A program made the translations under genes and the position numbers. The notes under the pieces are model-generated. The model ran no database searches. It saw only the letters and a program-made list of their open reading frames with translations, and was not told the DNA's origin. Shown in pieces: positions 12,207-25,715 of a stretch of 64,000 nucleotides of DNA; position 1 is the first letter of the stretch, and the number at the start of each line of letters is the position of its first letter. Source of the stretch: Chrysomallon squamiferum (Eukaryota; Animalia; Mollusca); contig CM022666.1 of assembly GCA_012295275.1 (NCBI GenBank), forward strand, positions 5,394,001 to 5,458,000, read 5' to 3'.

Positions 12207-14068
12207 TCTCATATAAACGTAAATACAACGTGCTTGACACTTCAGAGATAATAAAAACTGAAATTATTAAAACAATTCTTCTTTAAAAAGCAGAGAACAA
12301 CGTCTGATGAAATGCATGATTATATATATAAATTATGTTAATTAATAACTTCCTGTCACTTGTCCGCGCATGCCTCTTTACAAATATTTGCAGATGTAGG
12401 ATTAGTTTTGGGACAGCTTTTGTTCTTGGAGTGGACATGACTATGATGATATGTAAGGCAGATTGCCAGAAATATGAATACAGAAATATTGCTTCACAAA
12501 ATGTTGTCGCGTCACTTTCTTCTTATTTCCCTAACTTTAAAATGCACGAAATACTACTCCTTATGGGTTTGCTCAGACAGCCTGAAAACAGAACCATTTT
12601 CGTTGGCTACGCTATATCGGCTAAAACTGAGCGTTGAATCGGGCCTAAATATTAGTGAAACAAACCAGTTTTTCATACATTTTATTTACGGTATAGGACA
12701 TAATTTTCCAAAACTTTTAATGTCCTTGAAAACACTCTGAAGAATTTCCAAAACTTTCCAAGACTTTCCAAAACGTATACGAACTTGTATATAATAGTAT
12801 AACATTCTGGTTATTCCAGAAAACAATCAGTATGTATGTCAAAGTAACTATATCAAAGAGAAGAAAGGGAACCATCACATGATTTCAATTTAGCTTTATT
12901 GAATCCATGCGCATGTGTATTAACAATAGTTAGGGCATGTTGGTACCTAGAACAGACACTGACATGCACAGTACAGTTAGTTACGCGATAAAATGGAGGT
13001 GTACAGGTAAGACAATTTTTATATGTAAGGTTATTCAACTTACTGGATAAAAAGGATTAAGCTGGGTAAATGTGCATTGTGGAACATCTACAAAGTCATT
13101 TTATATGTACATACTATTTTGTCAGTTTAGTTAATCTTTGCAGTTAATTGTTGAACTAATCGGAGCAGAGATGAGCCGCAAACACAAACACAATCACACA
13201 CACACATATTTTTAAAACAAACTTATGAATGGGTGGATTGTGTTGCAAATGGCGTTCGTCACCTAGTAACTCCTTTCTTAATGAACCGACCTAAAATAAT
13301 AATAATAATAATAGTAATAAAGGTATCGGTGTTCTTATTCATTTTCAACGACTGTAACAACAATATATTTATTTATTTATAACAATAATAATTCATTCAT
13401 ACTTTCTAAATCCGTCTATTAATAATTCGGTTGACAACTTGAAACCGCTGACCTGACAACTATTTATAGCTTAGGTGGAAAGGCCAGTTCCCGAATAAAA
13501 TTAATATTCATTACTTCTCGTAAATGTTCAAGGTGACAAGCAAACACATCTTGTTAAAATGTTGTTATTTAAATACTGGCAACTGTCCATAGAATTGTAT
13601 TAGTGTCAAAAACGTTTTAAATAAAAATACAAATGTGTGTGTGAAAATGGTAATAAATAAAGTAATAAAGTAATAGTAGTAACAACAATTATATGCAATA
13701 ATTAAAAACAATAGCATGAGTTTAAGTATAAGCTGATGAAGTTACGCTGCTGATTTGGGGAAAATAACAAACATTTGTCTTTAAATTTGAAAAAAACAAC
13801 AATATTATCTATTATGTTTTTATAAATTATATTTTATTCACACTTTCTGGATCTGTCTATTAGTACAGTAGTAGTGACAGAATGTGACAGTCTCAGCCTC
13901 ATTGTTAATATAATATACTGTTATTCAAAACACACGCGTTGGCAACAATTATATAATCATTCTGAATCATATTCCAATGTTATAATTAATTATTAATGAA
14001 AGAACTATAAAAATAAATTAAAAATGTTAGATATACCAACATCACAAATCAAAAACAACCACAAGTTC

Positions 14069-14116
<48 letters not shown>

Positions 14117-14283
14117 CATTGAAGGCTATAAAGATAGATCAGTGCATGTCTAATATAAACGTTTCAAGATAATGATACGATAAAAGGTTAGTTTGATATA
14201 TAGAAATCCACGAGTTCTGTCTTTCTGTCAGAATACAGAAAATTATATATTACAGTTTACAACTCAGACCTCTCTTAACAATC

Positions 14284-14935
14284 TCAAAGCATATACAGGC
14301 CAAAGTAGGTTGTCTCAGGATCTCTCAAAATTCTGTTCACAAGTGATGCTCTCACCACTACAGTGTCGTTGGCTTTCAGGTAGTAAACAGCTCCAATGTA
14401 GGAAGGAACAAAACGTTCCTTGTCTCCTCGTACTTTGCATGTTGTTTGAGAATTTGTGTAGAGAACTTCATAATTTGGATATATTTCAAATGAGTGAGAC
14501 GGTTTATAGTATTCAGGCTCTGTGAATTGGTTGTCATGGAATAAAATGTTGCTGTATATGAAGTAGTAAGCAGAGTGTTTGACTTGAATCCCGTCAGCGA
14601 CAACAGCAGCAGCTCCTTTCACAAACGATCTTTTACCAGACGACGTCCATTTGATGAGAGGCTTCGGTGTGTCTGAAAAGTTTGTAAGAATAAATTATTT
14701 TTAAATATTATTTCTATTTTAAATCGTCAACAGTTGTAGTTAATATTACTAATATATTTCTATAACTACTACAAACTCCTGCTATTGACTACTTCAGTAC
14801 CATCATTGATATTTTTACTACTAACGTGCTAATACTATTGTTATCACAATTTCTTCTATTATTTCCTAACCACTACTAATAACTATGTGAATACTACTAC
14901 AACTACTTTTACCAGTGCTACTAATACTACTACTT

Positions 14936-14967
<32 letters not shown>

Positions 14968-15383
14968 TAGTACTACTATTACTACTACTACTCTAGTACT
15001 AATACTACTACTACTACCACTACTCTACTACTACTACTACTACTACTATTACTACTACTGCTAACACTGCTTCTACTATTTGTTTTCTTACTTTCGTCAT
15101 ATGTTGCATTCACATCCATTTGTAGATGAGCTGATGTCTTCACATTGTTTTTATTATTCAGACGATTAGCGACCTCTCTGATCTGTTTAAGTTTTTGTTC
15201 TGAAATATATATATATATATATATACAGACACATGTAGACTACTGATACATGTATAAATATATAGATTCATACATACATACATAGATTCGTACACAATGT
15301 TTTTATTATCTGAATTCAAAAGATCAGCGACATCTCTGAGCTGATAATTTATTTTAATTTTGTTCTGAAACAATATTTTACAG

Positions 15384-15420
<37 letters not shown>

Positions 15421-16212
15421 GACACAGACAGACACACACACATAAATATACATTTGTACATGTTTATATACTTAGACCATACACAACTATGCACGAACAT
15501 ACAAATACATAATTATATAAACTTTTGTGGATATTTAAATATGAGTGCCTGAATATTTCTGTTTGTGTGTGGATCCTTTTCTGTGTATCTGTCTATTTTG
15601 TTGTGTGTATCTGTGTTTTTACCGACTTTGTGTTTTTATGTATGTCTGAGAGTGTATGTGTCTCTGTTAACTTACCACGAATTTCTCAGCTTTTTTGTCT
15701 GACTTTCACTCAGTTCCTACAAAGAATAACCAACTTGAAACTAAATAAATATTTTTCAGCACTATTAATTTCTCCTTTTCATAATTCAAATATTATTTCA
15801 TTTATAAAGAATTTAATTTTTTATTATTTTTATAGAGAATTACCTTGTTTCTTAATTTCATATCTACAGAAAACAATATTTTTTTTCCATTTAATGTATT
15901 TATGGAATATAAGTTTTTAGAACTAAATACAGAATTCTAGATATTTTTCATAATTTCACTTATTACTTTTTTTTTTCTCCATCTCTGTAACAGCAATACG
16001 TGATATTGTTCCTGGTTCTGGTCGTAGATTTGTCATCACAACAGTTTTCTCCTGGTTTGCACGAGATTTTCACACACAGTTCCTTGTCAAACAACAAGTT
16101 GGTTTCACTGTTCAGAAATTCGTTTAATGTTCCAGATGCAATGAAACTGATGAGTATGAAGCTTTAGTACCATAGGAGAAGGAATGGCAAGGACTGGACG
16201 AACTGGTACCAT
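14284..16212 (-). pseudogene. TNF ligand copy B; THD exons intact, 5' exons disrupted
   Basis: Last exon 14672-14284 (389 nt) and exon 15199-15092 (108 nt) are intact. The small exon 15716-15676 is 41 nt instead of 37 (frameshift). The TM/stalk exon from ATG 16212 carries several insertions, including a T-run of 10 versus 5 near 15967, and its donor near 15940 is lost. Confidence 0.8.
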
Positions 16213-16646
16213 TTTGTGTATCAACTTTTATTTCCTTTAGAAGTAATCTGTAAAACAAATCCCAAAGAAAACAAAAAGTTATTAGTAATAAATAATACCA
16301 AGATAAATACACACACCCGCACACGTACACAGACACAATATACACACACTTATATAACACATTATTTCAGCAAACCAAAAATATACACTTGTACATACAC
16401 AAATATGAAACTTAAAAAATTCACATACAATATACACACGTACATATAGTTCTGTATAATATTCTTTCAAAGAAAAAAGTTAAATAAATAATATCAAGAT
16501 ATATTTACATTGATAATATTCTTAGGCGATGTCAAAAAAAAAAAAAAAAAAAAAAAAAATAGCAAAGGTTTCTCTTTTGAAAATGCGAGGCCTGATTTAT
16601 CAATTTTCAGTGAATGCCTTGTAAGGCACTGTGTACAAATACTCAC

Positions 16647-16794
16647 CACTGAAATCCAATATGACAGCACAGCGATGTCTAATGGAACAGATAATCCTCC
16701 TGATGAAGACCTTGGAATCTGATGCCACAAAATTTGTTTCCAATTGTTGAGGAGTGTAAGGAGTAAAGTTTTTCGTCCGAAGTTATTTATATCA
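16647..16794 (-). other. 148-nt exon-like segment within intron 1 of TNF copy B
   Basis: Acceptor CCTCTTTCCAG, donor GTG|GTGAGT, open frame DINNFGRKTLLLTLLNNWKQILWHQIPRSSSGGLSVPLDIAVLSYWISV. Partial paralog near 60630-60712. Confidence 0.4.
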
Positions 16795-17629
16795 CTGGAA
16801 AGAGGTAGGATTTTAAAGAAATAATTAAAAATATATATATTGTTTTTTCTCTTAAAACAAATGTATAGGCAAAACTTTGATTGTAGATTGTCAATCAAAG
16901 ATGTAACTTTACAAGAATGAAGACAATGTAACAAAATGAAAGTAAGTGAAAAACAGTTTGAGTTAGCAAAGCGCGCAACAAATACTCAATACCGTGAAGT
17001 GGAATCACGGCGCAGTATTTTGATCAGGTGAACCACTGAGTAAAAACATTCACCACTGAAATCCAATATGACAGCACAGCAATATTCAGTCAAGTGGTAG
17101 TATTTTGATCAGGTGACTAACCAAGGCGATGATGGCTTATTTGCAGTTTCTCCCGCCAAATCATCTTATTTTTCCAAAAACTTAGAAAACAGTTCGCGCT
17201 CGATACATTTTGATGATTTAATTAAATCACTAAAATATATCTTTATTGTGAAAAATTCAAAAACAAACAACAGCACTCGGTGAACTCGGGTAGGGCTTAA
17301 TAGCGGAAAGTTCTATGTTCTCGTAAACCAGCGGAAACCAAATTTGACAAGCAAGAAGGAAAATACCTTGACTAAAGTAGTGTCGAAGTTTGAATAACAC
17401 ATTTAATCACCTTCGTAGATACATCGCCTGGTTTTTGAAACACTTATGTAGAAAAATTTACTCGGAGGAAAACGAAACTTGAGGTAATGTTCTCTATATC
17501 CTTTCCTAAAATCATGTGCTAGATACTTATCGACCTTACCGCCATGTTTTGTTTTTTCAAGTTGATGTAATATCACTTAATATTAAACAAATGAAATTAG
17601 GACGTGTAAAAATCCTAAACAGCATTGTT

Positions 17630-17910
17630 AATTTATAATTTTATATGAATAAATATAACCTATGAAATAAGTGAAATTATACTTTTATATAAATATAGAT
17701 AACCTACGAAATAACTGAAAATATAATTTTATATAAATCAATATAATCTACGAAATAAGTGAAATTATAATTTTAGATAAAAATAAGTTTACATAAATAT
17801 AGATAATCTATGAAATAATTGAAATTATAATTTTATATTAATATATATAATCAAAGAAATAAATGAAATTATAATTTTATATAAATGTATATAACCTATG
17901 AAATAAGTAA
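17630..17910. repeat. ~40-bp VNTR at the 5' end of TNF intron 1
   Basis: TTATAATTTTATATAAATATAGATAACCTATGAAATAAGTGAAA-like units: about 6-7 here, about 4 at 40800-40975, about 2 at 6090-6160. Confidence 0.75.
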
Positions 17911-17923
17911 ATCATGTACTTAC

Positions 17924-18085
17924 CTAAATTAGGTTGACTCTGTTTCCACAATGGAGTGAAGCACGTCTGCGCTCTATGACAGGCTTCGTTGATTTTTATA
18001 CCAGCCACTTTGAAAAGATCTTATTATATTCTTTCTACCAGCTCACTCGATCATTTTTGATTGGCTAAGAGGAAATGTCGTCTGC
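17924..18085 (-). promoter_or_regulatory. Core promoter and non-coding exon 1 of TNF copy B
   Basis: Donor TTAG|GTAAGT at 17924/17923; TATAAAA at 18000-17994; CCAAT at 18064-18060; paralogous to 6173-6330. Confidence 0.68.
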
Positions 18086-19895
18086 TTTATTTAAATTTAT
18101 TGCTTAATGTTTTTTCTTCTGTCGTTTTTAATTTTTCGCTATAGATTTCGTATAGTCATTTAATATACTATGAATAATATGAACAAAGTTATTATATGTA
18201 TTTTTTTGTCTGTTTGTATTGTTTATAAATAAGCTACATATTATTATTTTTATTGCTATAATAGTAGTAGTAATAGTAGTAGTTGTTGTTGTAGTTGTGG
18301 TAGTAATAGTAGTAGTTGTTGTTTCGGCTGCTTTTGTCGTTATTCTTAAATAAAGAGTACAGCGTAATTTCTATTCCTGTGTCAACTAAGCCATACACAA
18401 CAAAAGGAGAACATGTAGTCTGTGTATCACACAGTGGAAAGTTCCAGCCCGGATTTGTCATCTTACACGTAATCGGAATAAATAACTGTAGTCATCCATT
18501 TATTACTACAGGGCCAGGAATATAAAATGTCTCAAAAATATCTCCCTGTGACAGAAGAATCTTCTGTTTGTAAATGTCACTTGTAGCATGACTGTTGATT
18601 CAGTCATTAAAAAAAATGATCAAAATAAAGTAAAATAAAATAAAAAAATAAATAAATAAAATAAAATAAAATAAAATAAATGAAAATAATTATTTGAAAT
18701 AAAACAAATAAGAATAAAAATTGTAAAAAGTAAAGTCAAATAAATAAATAAAATAAAATATGCTGAAGTAAAATTAAAAAAATCAAGAAAATAAAATAAA
18801 AATGTGATAAAAATAAGATAAAAATACCAAATGATAAAAGTAAAGTAAAATAAATAAAGACAATAAGACACATAAATATAAATGAATTAATTAAAACAAT
18901 AAAATAAATGAAATAAAATTATAGTAAGATAAAATAAAATAAAATAAATAGAGTAAAATAAAAGTAAAAAAATAAACAAACTAAAAAATAAAAATAAAAA
19001 TAAACAAACTAACAAACCATAAATAAATAAATAAAAAAGAAGAAAAGAAGAGGGAAACGATATAGTGGGAATAAACCGATTCAGTGGCTGGAAAAAATTC
19101 ACAATTTGTATATAAAAAATGTATGAATTTATAGAGTATTGAATGTGGCATCATAGTCTACATGGAGTAATTGCTAAGCTTACTGATTATGTCAATTCAG
19201 CTAGATTAAAGAAAGAGGTTTCATACTGTGCAGGGGTGGTGACTTGTTACACTTATAAATTAGGCAGGATTAAAGAAAGAGTCTTCATATTGTGATGGGG
19301 TGATGCTTTGGGTCCAGCTTACTGATTAGGATAGATTTAAACTAAGAGCTTCCTATTGTAAATGATTTATAAAATGTTCCATGTTAAAATGTGTTTCACT
19401 ATATATTCTCCAGATTTCAAAAGTATATACTGCTTTTTACTTTCTTTTCGTTAACGAAATGACTTTTATATGATGTGTTAGAGACAGCTGCACTTTAGAA
19501 GATAATAATATTGTACTGAAAACAAACAGAAAATTAAGTTTCCCATAAACTGTTGTTTTATTTCCGATAAGGCCTTGTCCTTCAAATCACATTTTGATTG
19601 TTTGTGAGAAAATATAACCTTATGGAGAGGATGACATGCTTAGAATCAAAACTGAATACAAAATTAATAATTAAAAGTTGCATAATTTTCACAAATAAAC
19701 TACGTGCATTTATTGCTGGTTGTTACTGTTGTAGTTCTTGTTATTATTAATATTAACATTGCTGTTGTCATTCAGAGTTCAGGTGGGAAAAAAAGCGCAA
19801 TAAACAACAAAAAAAAAACGACAATAATAAACAAAAAGACAAACTATACAAATAAGTCACATACTATTAGCGCATACACATACACTCACACACAT

Positions 19896-19938
<43 letters not shown>

Positions 19939-21236
19939 GTGATCTAGTTAAGAATACTGCCTGAGTTGTTTTTATGATAGAAACTACGCCAAGTACCTGT
20001 GATCTACAAGCACGAACAGAAACATGGAAACACAAACATAACAACTGACTACTAACCACAGGTATTTTATTATTTTTTATTCAGTCACTCTTCAACAGTC
20101 TAACCCTAAATAAATGAACAAAAAGTTAATCCAGAATATCTGTATTATCTGATTTCAAATGTCCTATGCAGTATAACAGGGGTCAGGAAGCTTTTCGAGA
20201 GCGGTGTTTTGGAGGAGGGCCAAGTTAATATAATAATTGTTGGTTGACCAAGCGACCCTTGAACAGTAGTAGCGTGATTGAATCAGATAGTGAAATGAGA
20301 TATCAGTCACGTGTTACGTGTTCATTTTTCAGCGACGTCATTGTAGGCCGGGACTTTACAAACAGCTGTTTATAAACACAGCACTGGTTGAACTACTTTT
20401 TAGTATGTGATATGAACATGGTTATATAACAGCAATATTTAACATACTGTCTATAAAGTATACAAATTATGCTTCATAAAATAAAAATTAAATCATGTCA
20501 CTGACTGGTGTATAAGTGAAAAGTGAGTCGAAAAATATTCTCATTAATTTTACTTGATATTTAAAAAAGAAAAGGGAAAAAAAAGAAGAAAACGATAAAT
20601 GCAGAGCAAGACATTTGTACTACATTTAAAGTAACTATCCAAGTAATAAAAATTATGAACATCTGACCAGAGGTATCGCTGTAGTCCTTATTTAACAAAA
20701 ATGACAACAGCAAACAAAACTAATTATAATGATGATGATGATGATAAATTTAATAGTAGTAGTAGCGGTAGCACTAATACAAATAGTAGGAGTAGAAGAA
20801 AGAATAATTCTAGTAATCATGATTATATAATAATAATATATCAGTAGTAATAATGATGAAGATAATAGTGGTAATAAAGTTAATGATAATTATGATAGTC
20901 ATAATAAAATTAATAATGATGATGATGATAATAGTAATAGAAAATAAAATTAATAACCATAACATTTATGATTCTGGAATGCTTCTAAAAAGAAAAGAGT
21001 TATTGTGATAAAACAAAAAAAATGCTTTAAATATATTGTTTATTATGCAGATTTCACATACAATTTTAATTGTAACGTATATATAAACATTTATTACTCT
21101 GGTAATTTCAATGCTTGAGTACATACTGTATAAAGAACACTTAACTTGTATTACTCATTACTCATTTAACTTTCATCAGTCAATTTATATAGAACACCAG
21201 TAATATTTAAATATTTATTCACTGAATACAGTACAC

Positions 21237-21345
<109 letters not shown>

Positions 21346-22370
21346 TTGATATAATTGATATAATTTAATTGATATAACACTACTATCAATTTTTTTTCTT
21401 CTATCTTGTTTAATTTTTTGCTATAGATTTCGTATATTCATTTAATACACTATGAATAAAATGAGCAAAGTCATTATATGTATTTTTTTGGTGTGTTTGT
21501 ATTGTTCATAAATAAGCTACATATTATAGTTGTTATTGCTATAATCGTAGTAGTAATGGTAGTAGTTGTTGTTGTCCCGGCTGCTTTTGTCGTTATTGTT
21601 AAATAAAGAGTACAGCGTAACTTCCATTCCTGTGTCAACTAAGCCATAAACAACAAAAGGAAAACATGTAGTCTGTGTATCACACAGTGGAAAGTTCCAG
21701 CCCGGATTTGTCATCTTACACGTAATCGGAATAAATAAGTGTAGTTATCCATTTATTATTACAGAGCCAGGAATATGAAATGTCTCAGAAATATCTGTCC
21801 GTGACAGAAGAATCTTCTGTTTGTAAGTGTCACTTGTATCATGAATGTTTACTATTAAAGGGTAAACATGATACATGTGTGTTTGAATGCGCACGTCTGT
21901 AGGTGTATCTATATCAGTATGTGATATGTACCTGGTTATATAACAGCAGTATTTCCATAGTCTATAAAGCATACAAATTTTGCTTTATAAAATAAAAATC
22001 AAATCATGTCGCTGACTGGTGTAGAAGTGAAAAGTGAGTTGAAAAATGATCTCATTAATTTTACTTGTTATAACAACAACAACAAAAAAGAAACAAAGAA
22101 ACGAAGAAACAAAGAAAGAAAAAATAAGAAGAAAATGACAAATGCACAACAAGACATTTTTACTACTTTTAAAGCAAATATAAATTATGAACAGGTGACC
22201 AGAGGTATCACTGCAGCCTTTATTTAACAACAATGGTAACAGCTAACAGTAATAATGATGATGATGAAAGTGATAATAAAAAGTAATAATGAGTACGATG
22301 ATAGTGATAATATAATTAATAATCCTAATATTTACGATTCTGAAATACTTCTAAAAACAAAATTCTTATT

Positions 22371-25330
22371 CTGATAAAACAAAATGCCTTAAATCTATTA
22401 TTTATTATGCAAATTTTACAAGAAATTTCAGATGTAACATATATATAAACATTTATTACTCTTATCGTTTCAGTGCATGAGTACAGACTGTATAAAGAAT
22501 ACTTAACTTGTATTATTCATTTTAGACCAATCAGTGAACATTTAACTTTCATCAGTCAGTTTATATAGAAAAACAATAATATGTAAATATTCATTCACGG
22601 AATACAGTACACACTCATTTTACACAGAACATCCATAGAACACATTCACTGTTTGTAGAACATCCACTGTACAGATATACAAAACACAGACCATCAGTAG
22701 TACATACATTACATATTCACTGTACAAAGAAAAGCCATTATGCATGGAGTATTCATTATCATTTAACATTAATTATATTTACAGCATCCACAGATGTACA
22801 TGTTTAGATATCAACTGTACAAAAACATCTGTGTACATAGAACTTCTGCAGTAGATAATCTATTGTGAACAGAACATCTACCATACAAGAACATTCACTG
22901 TACATGTACATGCTGAATCTTTAATATTATATCCTTTGATTTATAAATTACATGATATGTACTGTAATAATTTTGTATATTATACCCTTGGATATACACA
23001 TTAATGTATTAATTTATACTCTACACCACAGGACCTCATTTGTTTATAAAATGATACACAGAATACATATTATTTGCAATACTGAATCTGTAATATTATA
23101 TCTCTGAATATATAAATTACATGGTATGTACTGTATTTTATTATATATTATTTAATACTATATTCCTGGATATATAAATTACATGCAATATACTGCACTC
23201 TATTAATCTTTAATACTGGATACATTAATTACATGGTATATACTGCAGTCTATTCATCTTTAATACTGGATACATAAATTACATGGTATGTACTGCAGTC
23301 TAATAATCTTTAACAGCCTATCTCTAGACGTATAAATTTCATGGTATGTACTATACTTAATTATATAATATTTAATACAGTCTCCCTGTAAATATAAACT
23401 ACATGATATATTATTCTGATAAAACAAAATGCCTTATATCGATTATTTATTATGCAAATTTTACAAGAAATTTCAGATGTAACATATATATAAACATTTA
23501 TTACTCTTATCGCTTCAGTGCATGAGTCCATACTTTATAAAGAACACTTAACTTGTATTATTCATTTTAGACCAATCAGTGAACATTTCACTTTCATCAG
23601 TCAGTTTATATAGAAAAACAATATGTAAATATGTATTCACTGAATACAGCACACATTTATTTTACATAGAACATCTCTAGAACATATTCAGTGTTTGTAG
23701 AACATCCACTGGACAGATTTACAGAACACAGACCATCAATAGTACATACATTACATATTCACTGTACAAAGAAAAACCACTATGCATGGAGTATTCATTA
23801 TCACTTAACATTAATTATATTTACAGCATCCACAGATGTACATGTTTAGATATCAACTGTACAAAAATGTCTTTGTACATAGAACATCTGCAGTAGAAAA
23901 TCTATTGTGTACAGAACAAATACCATACAAGAACATTCACTGTACATGTACATGCTGAATCTTTAATATTATATCCTTTGATTTATAAATTACATGATAT
24001 GTACTGTAATAATTTTGTATATTATACCCTTGGATATACACATTAATGTATTAATTTATACTCTACACCACAGGACCTCATTTGTTTATAAAATGATACA
24101 CAGAATACATATTATTTGCAATACTGAATCTGTAATATTATATCTCTGAATATATAAATTACATGGTATGTACTGTATTTTATTATATATTATTTAATAC
24201 TATATTCCTGGATATATAAATTACATGCAATATACTGCACTCTATTAATCTTTAATACTGGATACATTAATTACATGGTATATACTGCAGTCTATTCATC
24301 TTTAATACTGGATACATAAATTACATGGTATGTACTGCAGTCTAATAATCTTTAACAGCCTATCTCTAGACGTATAAATTTCATGGTATGTACTATACTT
24401 AATTATATAATATTTAATACAGTCTCCCTGTAAATATAAACTACATGATATATTATTCTGATAAAACAAAATGCCTTAAATCGATTATTTATTATGCAAA
24501 TTTTACAAGAAATTTCAGATGTAACATATATATAAACATTTATTACTCTTATCGCTTCAGTGCATGAGTCCATACTTTATAAAGAACACTTAACTTGTAT
24601 TATTCATTTTAGACCAATCAGTGAACATTTCACTTTCATCAGTCAGTTTATATAGAAAAACAATATGTAAATATTTATTCACTGAATACAGCACACATTT
24701 ATTTTACATAGAACATCTCTAGAACATATTCAGTGTTTGTAGAACATCCACTGGACAGATTTACAGAACACAGACCATCAATAGTACATACATTACATAT
24801 TCACTGTACAAAGAAAAACCACTATGCATGGAGTATTCATTATCACTTAACATTAATTATATTTACAGCATCCACAGATGTACATGTTTAGATATCAACT
24901 GTACAAAAATGTCTTTGTACATAGAACATCTGCAGTAGAAAATCTATTGTGTACAGAACAAATACCATACAAGAACATTCACTGTACATGTACATGCTGA
25001 ATCTTTAATATTATATCCTTTGATTTATAAATTACATGATATGTACTGTAATAATTTTGAATATTATATCCTTGGATATACACATTAATGTATTCATTTA
25101 TACTCTACACCACAGGACCTCATTTGTTTATAAAATGACACATAGAATACATATTATATGTACTGCACTCTATTAATCTTTAATACTGGATATATAAATT
25201 ACATGGTATGTACTGCAGTCTATTAATCTTTAACAGTGTATCTCTAGACGTATAAATTACATGGTATGTGCTGTACTTATTTATATAATATTTAATAATG
25301 TCTCCCTGTAAATATAAACTATATGATATG
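22371..25330. repeat. Tandem triplication of a ~1.04-kb unit
   Basis: The anchor CTGATAAAACAAAATGCC recurs at 22371, 23416 and 24458 with near-identical intervening sequence. The third unit has internal deletions. Confidence 0.9.
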
Positions 25331-25461
25331 TAATGTACTGAAATAATACTGTATTCTGGATGTTTAAGTTATATTATTCTGCAACTTTTGTCTTATTTCC
25401 AGTTAAAATGTGTTTCACTGTATATTCTCCAGCTTATTCTAGTATCAGAAATATGTTTAAT

Positions 25462-25715
25462 ATGGAAGTTATTCATACCAATAAGGGTGGTATCAAAATC
25501 TGTTATGAAGGGTTCGTGTATGCTGCGGCAGAATGTATTCGTGATATCGGGTGGAACATCAGACTAAACCATCAACATTAAAATCAAAGAACATTAACAA
25601 AATACTCTGACAAAATGTGTTTAAACTATCTTTCATTGCTAGTATATTTCTTAATTGAAAATTGTGACTTCTTTTCGGGAATAATTATCATCTGCTGAGT
25701 GATAGGTGTAACGGA
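25462..25715 (+). mobile_element. Internally deleted MULE/FLYWCH-type element (N-terminus fused to C-terminus)
   Basis: 39-aa ORF MEVIHTNKGGIKICYEGFVY-AAAECIRDIGWNIRLNHQH*. It resembles the FLYWCH start and the typical C-terminal tail of animal MULE transposases (recognised by eye). Confidence 0.55.

Noticed and set aside
11973-12240. Poly-X ORFs
   Set aside because: Artefacts of the N gap.
12335-12790. 100-aa ORF after the gap
   Set aside because: The paralog at 34330-34620 has deletions breaking it. The repeated TTTCCA motifs at its end look more like a DNA-transposon subterminal region, which I cannot classify.
18234-18461. Recurrent ORF MTNPGWNFPLCDTQTTC... (also 21517-21714 and 41296-41523)
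   Set aside because: Part of the duplicated upstream module that runs into TAC/AAC triplet repeats; no recognisable domain or splice support, and the start region is not conserved in the copy near 290.
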